From Phycisphaerae bacterium (GTDB taxonomy: Bacteria > Planctomycetota > Phycisphaerae > UBA1845 > PWPN01), in the NCBI GenBank assembly GCA_012719955.1, contig JAAXZI010000091.1, positions 11,293 through 75,292 on the forward strand: 64,000 bases of DNA, given 5' to 3'. Both the position numbers and the translations under genes were made by a program. The notes beneath the pieces are model-generated. The model was given only the letters and a program-made list of their open reading frames with translations. It did no database searches and was not told where the DNA came from. Positions 7,269 through 16,967 of the stretch are shown one piece after another. How positions within the stretch are numbered: the stretch's first letter is position 1; every line of letters starts with the position of its first letter.

Positions 7269-10200
7269 GCCAGGACGCACGGCCAGTGCGCTGGCCGCCA
7301 TTGCGCTGGGTGTGGGCGTGGTGGTGTGGGTCACCTGCGCCTACGAGTCCGTGCGCCTCGCCCTGGAGGACCAGGTCTGGTTCTGGATCGGGCGAAGCCA
7401 CCTGTCCGTCGAATCGCTTTACGGCCTCTATGGGGTCATTCCCGAGACCATCCGGGAGGAGGTCCGCAAGGACCCCAACGTGGCCGCTGTCACCGCGCGG
7501 CTCAAGCATGGAATGACGGTGATTCCGCTGGCGGCGCACAGCGGACCGGCGGCCTCCGGGGCGGATCAGCCATCCGCCCCCACACGTCCCCAACAGGCCG
7601 GCGAGCCGAAACCGCTCACCATCCGGGGGCAGGTCTTTGAGGATGCGGAAGACAGCCTCCCGGGTGCCCCTTCCGCCGGCCGGGCCGTGATCGCCGTCGG
7701 CATCGAGCCCGAAATGGAGAGCGAGTTTCGCCCCTTCAACACTGAGGACATCACCGGCCGCATGCTGACCGTCGGCGATACCGACGTGGCGGTCATGGAC
7801 CACGAGCTGGCCGGGAGCCTGCGGCTCAACGTGGGCGATAAGTTCATCCTCCGCAACGTGACCACGGGGGAGGCCGCACCGGTCCGCGAGCGCGAGGGCG
7901 TGCTCACCATCGTCGGGCTCATCGACATGCATCGAGTCGCCAAGCGGCAGAAGCCGGTGGTCATCGCCCCGCTGAAAACGATCCAGGACCTGACCGGCAA
8001 GAGCTCGCCGCCCAGCGTGACCCGCATCGATATGCTGCTCCGTGACTCTGCGCCGATCCCGCTGCATCAGACGACCAAGCGGATCCAGCAGATGATGCAG
8101 ACGAAATACCGGCGGGCGCCCGCCTCGGTGTCCTCGTCGGATGCCAAGCTGCGGCAGATCCGCGCCGCCGAGCGGCAGACGCAGTTCATGCTGCTGCTGA
8201 TCTCGACGGTGGCCCTGTTCACGGCGTTCTTCGTGATCCTGTCCACGCTGAGCATGGGCATGGTGGAGCGCATCGGGCAACTGGGCATGTTGCGCTGCCT
8301 GGGCACCACCCGGCTTCAGATCGCGGCCCTGGTGCTGGCCGAGGCCGTCCCGCTGGGCGTAGCCGGCATATTGCTGGGCATTCCGGTGGGCTTCGGCCTG
8401 GCGCGCATGACCGTATGGATCGCGCCCGAATATATCGGTCAGTTCGCGGTGAGCTGGACGGGGCTGCTGCTGGCCCTGGCCGGCGGCGCGGGCACCACCC
8501 TGCTGGGCGCGCTGTTCCCGATGGTGCAGGCCATGCGGGTTTCTCCGCTGACCGCCTTGCGTTCTCAGGCTTATCACCCCTCCGTGGTGCCGGTAGTCTT
8601 GTCGGCCGGACTGGGCCTTCTGCTGGTCCTGGGCCATGTCTTCATGATCCGCCACTACGGAGGCGGAGGCGGCGCGGTCAGCGAGTTGTTCCTGAATCCG
8701 TCCAAGCCGGTTGCGGCCGTGAGCCTGTTGTATGCCGGGTATGCCTTGATCGCGCCCGCGCTGGTCTTGACGCTGGGCTATATCGTGGTGCGGGTGGCGG
8801 CGTTGGTCCTGCGGGTGCGCTACCAGTTGCTGTCCGACCAGGTTGGACGGGCGGCCTGGCGATCGGCGGCCATCTGCTGTGGGTTGATGGTGGGACTGTC
8901 GCTGGTCGTGTCGGTAGTCGTTTATAGCGAATCGCTGGCCAGGGGCTGGGATTTTCCGAAGGACTTCCCGGAAGCCTTCATGTACATGTCCTCGCCGGTG
9001 CCCCGGGCCCGGGCCGACCAGGCTCGGGGGAGCGTTCAAGGGCTCAAGAACAGCGCGCTGGTCAACGAGCGCCTGCAGTGCCGGATCGTGGGGCGCGGGC
9101 TCTTCGATTTCGGTTTAACCCGCTTCGTAGCCGGCGACCCGGATGAGTTCTTCAAGATGGCCAACCTGACCTTCGTGCAGGGCGACCTGGAGAGCGCCCG
9201 GCAGAAGCTTACCCAGGGCGGGCACGTGCTGGTCACCCCCGAGTTTCTGCGCGCCCAGCGTGTGGAGATGGGCGATCAGATCACGCTAAGTGCGGCCGGA
9301 CGGCGGGTGCCGCTTCGAATCGCGGGCGTAGTGACGTCGCCCGCGCTGGACATCGCCGCGAACTATTTCAACGCCGGCGAGGCCCTGACCATGGCCTCGG
9401 CTTTCGTGGTGCTGGGAACCTTCCGGGATCTCCAGCGCTCGTTCAACATGGCCCCGGAAGCGACTATGTTCCTGTTCAATTTCGACCTGCCCGCCGAGCC
9501 GCAGGCCGCCCCCCCGCCACCGCTGTTTGGCGAAAAATACCCGCCCAGGCTGATGAACGCGGACGAGGCCGCACGGCTGTTTTTGAGCTGGCGGGCGGCC
9601 ATGCCGGAGCGCACGGCGGAGCTGAACACGCTGGAGAGCCAGCTTCGCGAGGCGACGGACGGAGGCTTCAAGCTGCAATGGGGCGAGAGCCCCCTGCTGA
9701 AGGTGTTCCGCGACGCGCTGCTGGGCATCGACTGGATGCAGTTGAAAACCGCGCCGGCACGATGGCGATCGTATCGGGAAGAGCTGGTCATGCGGCTGAT
9801 CGCCTTCAAGGCGGGCACGGCCGCGGAACATTCCGGCTCGGTGAGCGTGTTGAAGGAGCAGATCGATCGCGACCTGCGCCGGGCGACCATCCTGTTCACC
9901 GCCGTGCCGCTGGTAGCGTTGATCGTGGCCGCCCTGGGCGTGGGCAATCTCATGATGGCCAACGTGGTCAGCCGGACGCGGCAGATCGCGATGCTGCGGG
10001 CTATCGGTGCGACGCGCGAACAGATCACCCGGCTGGTGATGGGCGAGGCTCTGGTACTGGGTCTTCTGGGTTGTCTGCTGGGGCTGGGGCTCGGCCTGCA
10101 TCTGGCCTACAGCATGAATGCGATCACCCTGGCCATCTGGGGCTACGAGGCCAAATGGAGCATTCCCACCGACCTGGTGGCGGCGGCCATCGGGTTTACG

Positions 10201-10284
10201 ATGACGGTGTGCCTGGTGGCCGGACTGGTACCGGCACTGCGGGCGTCACGCAGCAACGTGATCGACGCGCTGCAGGCTACGTGA
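7225..10284 (+). CDS. ABC transporter permease with two FtsX/MacB-type domains
   Basis: About 1019 aa, overlapping the ATPase gene by 44 nt. Two 4-helix FtsX-like modules (about aa 340-470 and 890-1019) flank large extracytoplasmic regions. Confidence 0.8.
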   Translation: MRHWSQLGIRNWRVRPGRTASALAAIALGVGVVVWVTCAYESVRLALEDQVWFWIGRSHLSVESLYGLYGVIPETIREEVRKDPNVAAVTARLKHGMTVIPLAAHSGPAASGADQPSAPTRPQQAGEPKPLTIRGQVFEDAEDSLPGAPSAGRAVIAVGIEPEMESEFRPFNTEDITGRMLTVGDTDVAVMDHELAGSLRLNVGDKFILRNVTTGEAAPVREREGVLTIVGLIDMHRVAKRQKPVVIAPLKTIQDLTGKSSPPSVTRIDMLLRDSAPIPLHQTTKRIQQMMQTKYRRAPASVSSSDAKLRQIRAAERQTQFMLLLISTVALFTAFFVILSTLSMGMVERIGQLGMLRCLGTTRLQIAALVLAEAVPLGVAGILLGIPVGFGLARMTVWIAPEYIGQFAVSWTGLLLALAGGAGTTLLGALFPMVQAMRVSPLTALRSQAYHPSVVPVVLSAGLGLLLVLGHVFMIRHYGGGGGAVSELFLNPSKPVAAVSLLYAGYALIAPALVLTLGYIVVRVAALVLRVRYQLLSDQVGRAAWRSAAICCGLMVGLSLVVSVVVYSESLARGWDFPKDFPEAFMYMSSPVPRARADQARGSVQGLKNSALVNERLQCRIVGRGLFDFGLTRFVAGDPDEFFKMANLTFVQGDLESARQKLTQGGHVLVTPEFLRAQRVEMGDQITLSAAGRRVPLRIAGVVTSPALDIAANYFNAGEALTMASAFVVLGTFRDLQRSFNMAPEATMFLFNFDLPAEPQAAPPPPLFGEKYPPRLMNADEAARLFLSWRAAMPERTAELNTLESQLREATDGGFKLQWGESPLLKVFRDALLGIDWMQLKTAPARWRSYREELVMRLIAFKAGTAAEHSGSVSVLKEQIDRDLRRATILFTAVPLVALIVAALGVGNLMMANVVSRTRQIAMLRAIGATREQITRLVMGEALVLGLLGCLLGLGLGLHLAYSMNAITLAIWGYEAKWSIPTDLVAAAIGFTMTVCLVAGLVPALRASRSNVIDALQAT

Positions 10285-10348
10285 GCAAGCCGAACAACAG
10301 GAACAGCTTTGCCCCCCTCATCCGAATTCCAAATGAATCTTGTGCATT

Positions 10349-10444
10349 GGGTGGCCCACCTCTTCCAGAGGTGGGTTCACGATTGGGACAACCAAACAGG
10401 GTGCCAACGGCATCAACCGCGAGCCCGGCTAAAGCCGGCTACCG
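10349..10444 (+). repeat. Family C intergenic repeat (CCCACCTCT-TCCA-GAGGTGGG hairpin, GTTCACGATT, then a CGCGAGCCCGGCT-AAA-GCCGGCT hairpin)
   Basis: About 80% identical by eye to the reverse complement of 15381-15484. It sits between convergent stop codons at 10284 and 10487. Confidence 0.8.
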
Positions 10445-10486
10445 ATGGTAAACAGAACAGTTGAAGACAGATTGCCCGGTTAAGTC

Positions 10487-11437
10487 CTACCGCCGCGCCG
10501 GTTGCCCATCCCGCTGTGCCTGGCCCGAGCCCCGGCTGCTTTTTCCCGCTTGCCTGCCTCGCTGTTGCAGCAGCCAGTTGGTGGCTTCCTCGACGGCCAG
10601 GGGGGGCAGGATGTGGGAGGAGTCATACCAGCGCAGCTCCTTGGGCTCGCGCGCGGCGGCGAAAAGCGCGTCCACCGGTTCCTTGGGCAGATACAGGTCG
10701 AGGTTGCCCGCCTGGATGAGCACCGGGCGCGGCGCGAAACGGGCGATGGCCTCGGTGGGCCGAAGATCAGGAAACCGCTCCAGCAGCGGCTTCTGGGGCG
10801 AGCGCTCCTGCCGGCGGCCCCGCGCATCCGCCGGAACCGCCTCGGACACGGGCGACATCAACACCAGGGCCGAAACGCGCCGGTCCGCCGCGCTGGTCAG
10901 TGTCGCCAGCCAGCTCCCCATCGAGTAACCAACCAGGAAAACGCCGCCGGAGGTATCCAATTCCTTACGCGACTCGGCTAGGTCGATGGCCTGACGCAGG
11001 TCGATAACCGCCTGCGCAAGCTGACGGTGCGTCTTCTTCGGATCGCCCTCGGCAAAGAGCGACTTGGGCGGGCCGGGACGCTCGCCGTGCATGGGCAGGT
11101 CGATGGCCAGCGTTGCGAAGCCGCGTCCCACCAGTTCGGGGGCCAGATAATGCGTGATGTGCTCGCCCGAGCTGGCATAGCCATGAACAAGCACTACGAC
11201 GGGAAAGGGCGCCCGGCCCCGGGGCAAGGTCAACAGCGCGGGCACCTCCTGGCCGGCCACATTGCGAAAGACCAGATGCTGCTGGGTGGCGCGGGCCACC
11301 TTGATCCCCCCGGACTTTTCGACCTCCTGCACCTTCAGGCGGGGGGGCCGGTTGTAATCGAAAGCGTTCGGGGACCAATCAGCGCCGGCCAAAGCGGTGA
11401 ACAACGCCAGAGCGATGGAGATCACTGGAGTACTCAT
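10487..11437 (-). CDS. Secreted alpha/beta hydrolase (dienelactone hydrolase-like)
   Basis: Signal-like N-terminus MSTPVISIALALFTALAGA, then VVVLVHGYASSG and the nucleophile elbow GYSMGS. Confidence 0.75.
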   Translation of the reverse strand: MSTPVISIALALFTALAGADWSPNAFDYNRPPRLKVQEVEKSGGIKVARATQQHLVFRNVAGQEVPALLTLPRGRAPFPVVVLVHGYASSGEHITHYLAPELVGRGFATLAIDLPMHGERPGPPKSLFAEGDPKKTHRQLAQAVIDLRQAIDLAESRKELDTSGGVFLVGYSMGSWLATLTSAADRRVSALVLMSPVSEAVPADARGRRQERSPQKPLLERFPDLRPTEAIARFAPRPVLIQAGNLDLYLPKEPVDALFAAAREPKELRWYDSSHILPPLAVEEATNWLLQQRGRQAGKSSRGSGQAQRDGQPARR

Positions 11438-11478
11438 GGTCAGTTTCCCGAGTTGCGGCCTTTGGGCTTTGGTCGGCA

Positions 11479-11575
11479 ATGACTAATGACTAAGCCGTGG
11501 GCAGGACCTTTAGTCATTCAGACATTTCGTCATTGGGGCTTCTTTAGACATTAAGGCTTAGACATTAGACATTTT
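11479..11575. repeat. Low-complexity repeat tract (AATGACTA x2, its near reverse complement, then TAGACATT x3)
   Basis: Reads aatgactaatgactaag..ctttagtcatt..tttagacattaaggcttagacattagacatt. It is a low-GC patch that overlaps the last few codons of the 89-aa gene and is similar in style to family A. Confidence 0.7.
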
Positions 11576-11834
11576 TCGACCGCCTCTGCCGCTCGATGTC
11601 CTGCCGCACTTCCGGCAGCAAATAGTGAGCGTCAATTTCCTCCAGGCCGGCCAGGGCCGCCAACGTACGATCATAGCGCGTGGCCAAGTCGGCGGCGGTG
11701 TCCACAAACAACACCCGCCGGCCTTTCAAGCGACACAGCCCTCCCCCACCGCCACCCATGGCTTCAGCGCGGACGTCGATGCCGATCTGTTCCGCCAGTT
11801 CCAGCAGGGCCTCCAGGCGCCGGGACAAGTCCAT
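11565..11834 (-). CDS. Small hypothetical protein (89 aa)
   Basis: ATG with GGGAG upstream. The sequence MDLSRRLEALLELAEQIGIDVRAEAMGGGGGGLCRLKGRRVLFVD has coding-like composition. No family was recognised. Confidence 0.5.
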   Translation of the reverse strand: MDLSRRLEALLELAEQIGIDVRAEAMGGGGGGLCRLKGRRVLFVDTAADLATRYDRTLAALAGLEEIDAHYLLPEVRQDIERQRRSKNV

Positions 11835-11908
11835 GGCCGCTCCCTCAAGTCAATCTGAGCGGGGTGCCGATATTGCAGGTACGCCCTATAACGTGGAACA
11901 GGAGTAGC

Positions 11909-12796
11909 ATGCATCGATCAGCAACCAAGCCGCCGAAACGCATTCCTCCACCACGCATCGAGGGCTGGGTTGCCAACCGTCCGGTCAGCGCGCCCCTGGG
12001 CGTGGACACCCCCGCCGGCTCTACTTTACGGGAGAGCACCGATCCGCTCCAAGCGCACCTGGAACGGCTGCAGGCCGAGTTCGATCTCCTGAAGCGCCAA
12101 CTCCGCCAAACCCAGAAACTTGCGAGCCTCGGCACCAACGCCGCAGTGATCGCCCACGAATTTAACAACCTGTTCACGCCGGTGGTTGCATACGCCCAGC
12201 ATGCCCTGGATACCAACGACGTGGAACTGATGCGCAAGGCCCTGAGCAAGACGGTGGAGCGGTGCGCCACCATGCGCAACATGGCCGATCGGCTCATCGG
12301 CCTGGCCAAGAACGCGGACTCGGCGATCAAGACCTTCCGCGTTCTTGAAGTGGCACAGGCCGCGATCGAGTGCCTGGGCCGCGACCCGGAGAAAGACAAC
12401 ATCACCGTCAACTTGCAGATCGACCCCGATCTGACCGTGCGCGCTAATGAGCACGGGTTGATGCAAGTGCTTTTCAACCTTGTAATTAACGCACGACAGG
12501 CCCTGCTGGGGCGCGGACGCGGCCGACTGACGCTCGACGCCGCTCCCACGGCCACGGGCGAGGTCGAAATCAACGTGCGCGACAACGGCTGCGGCATCCC
12601 GCCGGAGAACCTCGAACGCATCTTCGAGCCCTTCTTCAGCACCAAGCAGAACGCGGAGAAGCCGGATCAGCGCGGGCTCGGACTGGGCCTGGCCATCTGC
12701 CGTGAGATCATCGAAGAATTCGGTGGACGGATCTCCGTCAGCAGCGAGGTCGGGAAGGGCACGACTTTCACCATCTCTCTGCCGCAGGGCGAGTAA
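11909..12796 (+). CDS. Soluble sensor histidine kinase (HisKA plus HATPase_c)
   Basis: H-box AHEFNNLFTPV, N-box LFNLVINARQA, G-boxes DNGCGI and GLGLGLAICREI, and a coiled-coil before the H-box. No transmembrane segment is present. Confidence 0.85.
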   Translation: MHRSATKPPKRIPPPRIEGWVANRPVSAPLGVDTPAGSTLRESTDPLQAHLERLQAEFDLLKRQLRQTQKLASLGTNAAVIAHEFNNLFTPVVAYAQHALDTNDVELMRKALSKTVERCATMRNMADRLIGLAKNADSAIKTFRVLEVAQAAIECLGRDPEKDNITVNLQIDPDLTVRANEHGLMQVLFNLVINARQALLGRGRGRLTLDAAPTATGEVEINVRDNGCGIPPENLERIFEPFFSTKQNAEKPDQRGLGLGLAICREIIEEFGGRISVSSEVGKGTTFTISLPQGE

Positions 12797-12887
12797 AGAG
12801 GCCCTGCCAAGGCCCTGTGCAACCCCGCAGCCCTCCTGTGCCGTCTCTCCGCGGCGCGGCTTGATCGCCGTGATACAATACCGCGTC

Positions 12888-13721
12888 ATGCCGGAACTTC
12901 CTGAAGTAGAAACGGTTGCGCGTGGTCTTCAACGTCGACTGGCCGGGCGGGTGATTGATTCGGTGTACCTGGTCCAGCCGCGCATTGCCCATGGCCCCCA
13001 CGTGCCATGCGATGATTCGCTTCGAGGCCGTCGGATTGAGCGGATCGCCCGCGCCGGCAAGCAGGTACGAATCAGCCTCAGCGGCGGCTGGACCCTGGTT
13101 GTCCACCTGGGCATGACCGGACGGCTTATCGTCACTGCGGCGGACGAGTCGCCGGCCAAGCATACGCACCTGCGGATTGCTTTCCGCGGCGAGCCTGTGG
13201 AACTGCGCTTCTGCGACCCGCGGCGGTTCGGAGGAGTGTGGCTGGTAGACGGAAATCCTGATGAGGCAAAAGGTTGGATCGGTCGGCGGATTCCGCCGGT
13301 AGCGGCCGATCCGTTGCGGATCTCGCTGGCCCAGTGGCGAAAGCTGATCGCCCGCCCTCGGCAGATCAAAGCCTTGCTGCTGGATCAGAACCCACTCAGC
13401 GGCGTGGGCAACATTTACTGCGATGAGGCCCTGCACCGGGCTGGCATCCATCCGCTGACCCGTGCGGCGGATCTGTCCCCGGCGGCGAGCCGAAAACTCT
13501 ACCACGCTTTGCGGCGGGTGCTGACCGAGGCTATCGCCTTGGGCGGATCGAGCGTGAGCGACTACCGAAACGCGCAGGGTGCACCCGGCCAGTTCCAGAC
13601 CCGGCACCGGGTCTACGGGCGCGAGGGTCAGCCGTGCCGACGATGCCGGACCCCCATTATCAGGCTGGTGGTGGCCGGGCGGGGAACGCATATCTGTCCG
13701 AAATGTCAGCGGTTGCGCTGA
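12888..13721 (+). CDS. mutM: Formamidopyrimidine-DNA glycosylase
   Basis: N-terminus MPELPEVETV and C-terminal zinc finger CRRC..CPKCQ. The ATG at 12888 was chosen within the longer ORF. Confidence 0.9.
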   Translation: MPELPEVETVARGLQRRLAGRVIDSVYLVQPRIAHGPHVPCDDSLRGRRIERIARAGKQVRISLSGGWTLVVHLGMTGRLIVTAADESPAKHTHLRIAFRGEPVELRFCDPRRFGGVWLVDGNPDEAKGWIGRRIPPVAADPLRISLAQWRKLIARPRQIKALLLDQNPLSGVGNIYCDEALHRAGIHPLTRAADLSPAASRKLYHALRRVLTEAIALGGSSVSDYRNAQGAPGQFQTRHRVYGREGQPCRRCRTPIIRLVVAGRGTHICPKCQRLR

Positions 13722-13772
13722 TGCACAGGCTATCATTCAAGAAGGGGGTACAGGGGCTCGGAGGCCTGGCTC

Positions 13773-14045
13773 ATGGAACCGAAGAACAAGCTCCCGCCCC
13801 GGGTTCGCCGGCTGCAACGATCATTGCTGGCCATTGTGGTCTCCGTCCTGGTTGTCTTCTGCCAGGGCGCCGTGGTGCTCTTCGTGGCCGGCTCTTCCAC
13901 GCGAGCCACCAGCCGGGCGGCGGCATATCTGCTGGTGGGCGCGTCGACCGTACTCATCACGACCTTTCTCGTGGCCTACATCACCCTGTGCGTCCTGCAG
14001 CACCGGGCTGGCGGCCTCGATGCCAACCTGGGTCGGGATGCATGA
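13773..14045 (+). CDS. Small membrane protein, function unknown
   Basis: GGAGG lies 8 nt upstream of the ATG, and two hydrophobic helices are present. Confidence 0.5.
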   Translation: MEPKNKLPPRVRRLQRSLLAIVVSVLVVFCQGAVVLFVAGSSTRATSRAAAYLLVGASTVLITTFLVAYITLCVLQHRAGGLDANLGRDA

Positions 14046-14173
14046 GGCCGCGGCCACCAACGCGAGCACGAAATCCGCGGCCCGGACTCGTCGCGACCAT
14101 ACACGTTATTTAACACAGACACCCCGTGGAACACTGGCAAGGGATCAGCTCAGCGGTTAGACTCACCGCCGCT

Positions 14174-14821
14174 ATGCGCTCAACTAGATGGCTTGGAATG
14201 GCGGGAGTTCTGGGAGGCTTGCTGGCCGGCTGCTCGGCGCCGCCCGCGCCGACGGAGCCCACGCTGACGCGCGTGAACGCCGAATCCCCGGAAGCCTACG
14301 ATCGGTTGTGGAGCTCGGTGACCGAGACCTTGCGCCGAAACTACTTCCGCATCGACCGCGAGGACCGGGTGGAGGGCATCATCACCACGCATCCGGAGAC
14401 TTCGGCGCAGGCTTTGGAGCTCTGGCGGCCCCAGCCGGAGACGGCCTTCACCTGGGCGGAATCCAACCTGCACACCATCCCGCTTGAGGCAAAGGTCACC
14501 ATCAAGCCCGTTGAAACGGAGGGGGACTACGAACTGGCCGTCGAGGTGGAGCGGCTGCGCTACACGCTGGAAGAGCGGCAGATCGATAATGCCGCGGCGG
14601 CCTTGCGCCTGTTCAGCGCCGATGCGCCCACCATGTCCGGGCGGATGGAGCGGCCCTCGCAAACGGCGCAATTGACTTCCATCGGGCGGGACAAGCCGGC
14701 GGAGGAGAGACTGCTGAAGGCCATCCTGGATCACTATGCGAAGGCGCCTCCCGCGCCCGAACTGGTTTCGGCAGAGACGGTGACCGAGGAAGTAGAAGTA
14801 ACGACCACCCAACCCAATTAA
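14174..14821 (+). CDS. Lipoprotein, function unknown
   Basis: MRSTRWLGMAGVLGGLLAGC carries a lipobox (LAGC). Confidence 0.6.
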   Translation: MRSTRWLGMAGVLGGLLAGCSAPPAPTEPTLTRVNAESPEAYDRLWSSVTETLRRNYFRIDREDRVEGIITTHPETSAQALELWRPQPETAFTWAESNLHTIPLEAKVTIKPVETEGDYELAVEVERLRYTLEERQIDNAAAALRLFSADAPTMSGRMERPSQTAQLTSIGRDKPAEERLLKAILDHYAKAPPAPELVSAETVTEEVEVTTTQPN

Positions 14822-14848
14822 CCACGGCATCGTGGTGAGCGACCGCTA

Positions 14849-15280
14849 TCAGATCACTTCGACCGGCTCCTCGCGGAATTGCCCGCTTTCTTCATCCAGC
14901 CGCCAGGAGCGCAGCTCGTGCGGATGCCCCCCGCGCAGGGAGACAATAACATACGATACGCGCGGCCAGGCCAGCTCCAGATCGGAAGCGGAAGGGACGG
15001 CCGAGCCTGCCGGATGGGAATGATAGAAGCCAACGATGGTCAGGCCTCGCTCGCGGCACTCGCGCTGAAGACGCAGGTGTGCGCGCGGGTCGAGCAGGAA
15101 ACGAGTGGTCGGGGCGCCCTCGCTGACATTGGCGACCGCATGCACCTCGCGCACGATGGCGCGCTCCGGCGTAAGCACACCGGCCAGGATACCGCAGCAC
15201 TCGCGCGGGGCCTCGATGGCAGCGCGGGCGCGAATGGCGTCATAGTGTTCGCGGTGCAAGACCAGGGCCATGATCAACAT
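14849..15280 (-). CDS. JAMM/MPN+ metalloprotease (Mov34 family)
   Basis: Contains EAPRECCGILAG and the JAMM motif HSHPAGSAVPSASD. The start is uncertain (ATG 15280 or 15271; the ORF is open to 15373). Confidence 0.8.
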   Translation of the reverse strand: MLIMALVLHREHYDAIRARAAIEAPRECCGILAGVLTPERAIVREVHAVANVSEGAPTTRFLLDPRAHLRLQRECRERGLTIVGFYHSHPAGSAVPSASDLELAWPRVSYVIVSLRGGHPHELRSWRLDEESGQFREEPVEVI

Positions 15281-15380
15281 TCCAAGCGGGTCCGCGGCCG
15301 GCGTGAAGTCGCTGCCGGCACTGTGGTCTACAAGCCATAGTCGGCTCGCCTTGGATGACGTTTGATTCTCCAACCGGGCA

Positions 15381-15484
15381 AAGGTGACAGGGGGCCGGCT
15401 TCAGCCGGGCTTGTGGTTGATGCCATCCGCACCCTCATCGGTTGTTCAAATCGTGAACCTACCTCATGAAGAGGTGGGCCACCC
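15381..15484 (-). repeat. Family C intergenic repeat (inverted copy)
   Basis: Its reverse complement aligns with 10349-10444 at about 80% identity by eye. The hairpin arm is partly degenerate here. It lies between the desulfurase stop and the JAMM start. Confidence 0.75.
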
Positions 15485-15498
15485 ATCCTGTGAGCCTC

Positions 15499-16647
15499 TC
15501 AGACCATCTGGCGGAGGGCGTTCGCGACCACGTCGATTTCCTCCTCGGTATTGAAGGGGCCAGGGGCGATGCGCACCGCGCCGTCCGGGAAGGTGCCCAA
15601 CTCCCGGTGAATGGATGGGGCGCAGTGCAGGCCGGGCCGCACCGCCACGTTGAAGACTTCATCCAGCACCGCGCCCACTTCCTCAGGCGCCAGCCCTTCG
15701 ACCGTCAGGGCCACCAGCCCCGTGCGCCGCGATGGCTCGGCAGGACCCAGCAGGCGGAAGCGCGTATCGCCGGCCAGCGCTTCACTTAACCGACGGGCCA
15801 GGCGCCGCTCATGTTCGAGCATCGCGCCCGGCTCCTGAACGGCCAGATAATCCAGGGCTGCATTCAACCCAGCCAAGCCGACCGTGTTGGGCGTGCCGCC
15901 TTCCAGCCAGTAAGGATATACATGCGGCTGAGTCGGCGAAGCGGAATCGCCGCCCGTGCCCCCCTCGCGCCAGGGAGCCGGATCGGCCCGCTCACCAACG
16001 TACAGGCCCCCGGTGCCGGTTGGGCCAAGCAGCATCTTGTGGCCGGCGAAGGCCAACAGATCAATATTCATCCGGCGAACGGAGAGGGGAACCAGCCCCG
16101 CCGACTGGGCGACATCGAGCAGAAAGAGCAGGTCGTGCTCGCGAGCAAGCCGGCCGATCTCCTCGGCCGGCTGAAGCGTGCCCAACACGTTGCTGCAATG
16201 CGTCACCGCGATCAAGCGCGTCTCCGGCCGGATGGCCTGCTTGACCGCGTCCGGGTCGATAAAGCCGCCCTCGCACATGGGCAGCTGGGTGAGCGTGATG
16301 AACTTGGCCTCGGCCAGCGCCTGGAGCGGACGCGAGACGCTGTTGTGTTCGAGCGTGCTGGTGATAACGTGGTCGCCTTCCTCCAGGATGCCCTTGATGG
16401 CCATGTTGAGCGCGTCCGTGCAGTTGAGCGCCAGAATCATTCGCGCGGGGTCGGGCGCGTCAAACAGCCGGGCGAGCTTGCCGCGCAGATCGTCCAGCAT
16501 GCGCTCCGCGGCCAGAGCCATACGGTGGCCGGCCCGGCCGGGATTGGCGGCGTCCTCGGCGAGGAAGCGCGCCATCTCCCGCCCTACGTTGGGCGGCTTG
16601 GGCCAGCTCGTGGCCGCATTATCGAGGTAGATGATTGGACCTGGCAT
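15499..16647 (-). CDS. Class V aminotransferase / cysteine desulfurase family protein
   Basis: Contains MPGPIIYLDNAATSWPKP, TSTLEHNSV and AFAGHKMLLGPTGTGGLY (PLP lysine context). Confidence 0.8.
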   Translation of the reverse strand: MPGPIIYLDNAATSWPKPPNVGREMARFLAEDAANPGRAGHRMALAAERMLDDLRGKLARLFDAPDPARMILALNCTDALNMAIKGILEEGDHVITSTLEHNSVSRPLQALAEAKFITLTQLPMCEGGFIDPDAVKQAIRPETRLIAVTHCSNVLGTLQPAEEIGRLAREHDLLFLLDVAQSAGLVPLSVRRMNIDLLAFAGHKMLLGPTGTGGLYVGERADPAPWREGGTGGDSASPTQPHVYPYWLEGGTPNTVGLAGLNAALDYLAVQEPGAMLEHERRLARRLSEALAGDTRFRLLGPAEPSRRTGLVALTVEGLAPEEVGAVLDEVFNVAVRPGLHCAPSIHRELGTFPDGAVRIAPGPFNTEEEIDVVANALRQMV

Positions 16648-16828
16648 CGTTTCTTCACCGCGGTGATGGCCGAGCGCACCAAGCACATCCAGGCAGGCTG
16701 GCGCAGCCGGCTCTGTCGTTCCTCCGACGCCGGCAAGTTCTTTGTACGCGAATTCGCTTCATTCCTTTGGTCTGTAGAACCCGCTCGTCAGCGCCTGTTC
16801 GCGATATACGTCAGGTTGCATGTCGCCG

Positions 16829-16892
16829 CGCCAAACAACTGACAAAAGGACCACTGACCCAACAACTGACCACCAACAACTGACAACTGACA
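16829..16892 (+). repeat. Family A repeat (CAACTGAC words)
   Basis: gcgccaaacaactgacaaaaggaccactgacccaacaactgaccaccaacaactgacaactgaca is about 85% identical to 187-250. Confidence 0.8.
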
Positions 16893-16967
16893 TCATGCAC
16901 AGACAGCCTGGGTTACCAGCGCAACCCGTACCCTGCTTTCCGCGTCCTCTACGGTCTTCGCATCCCG

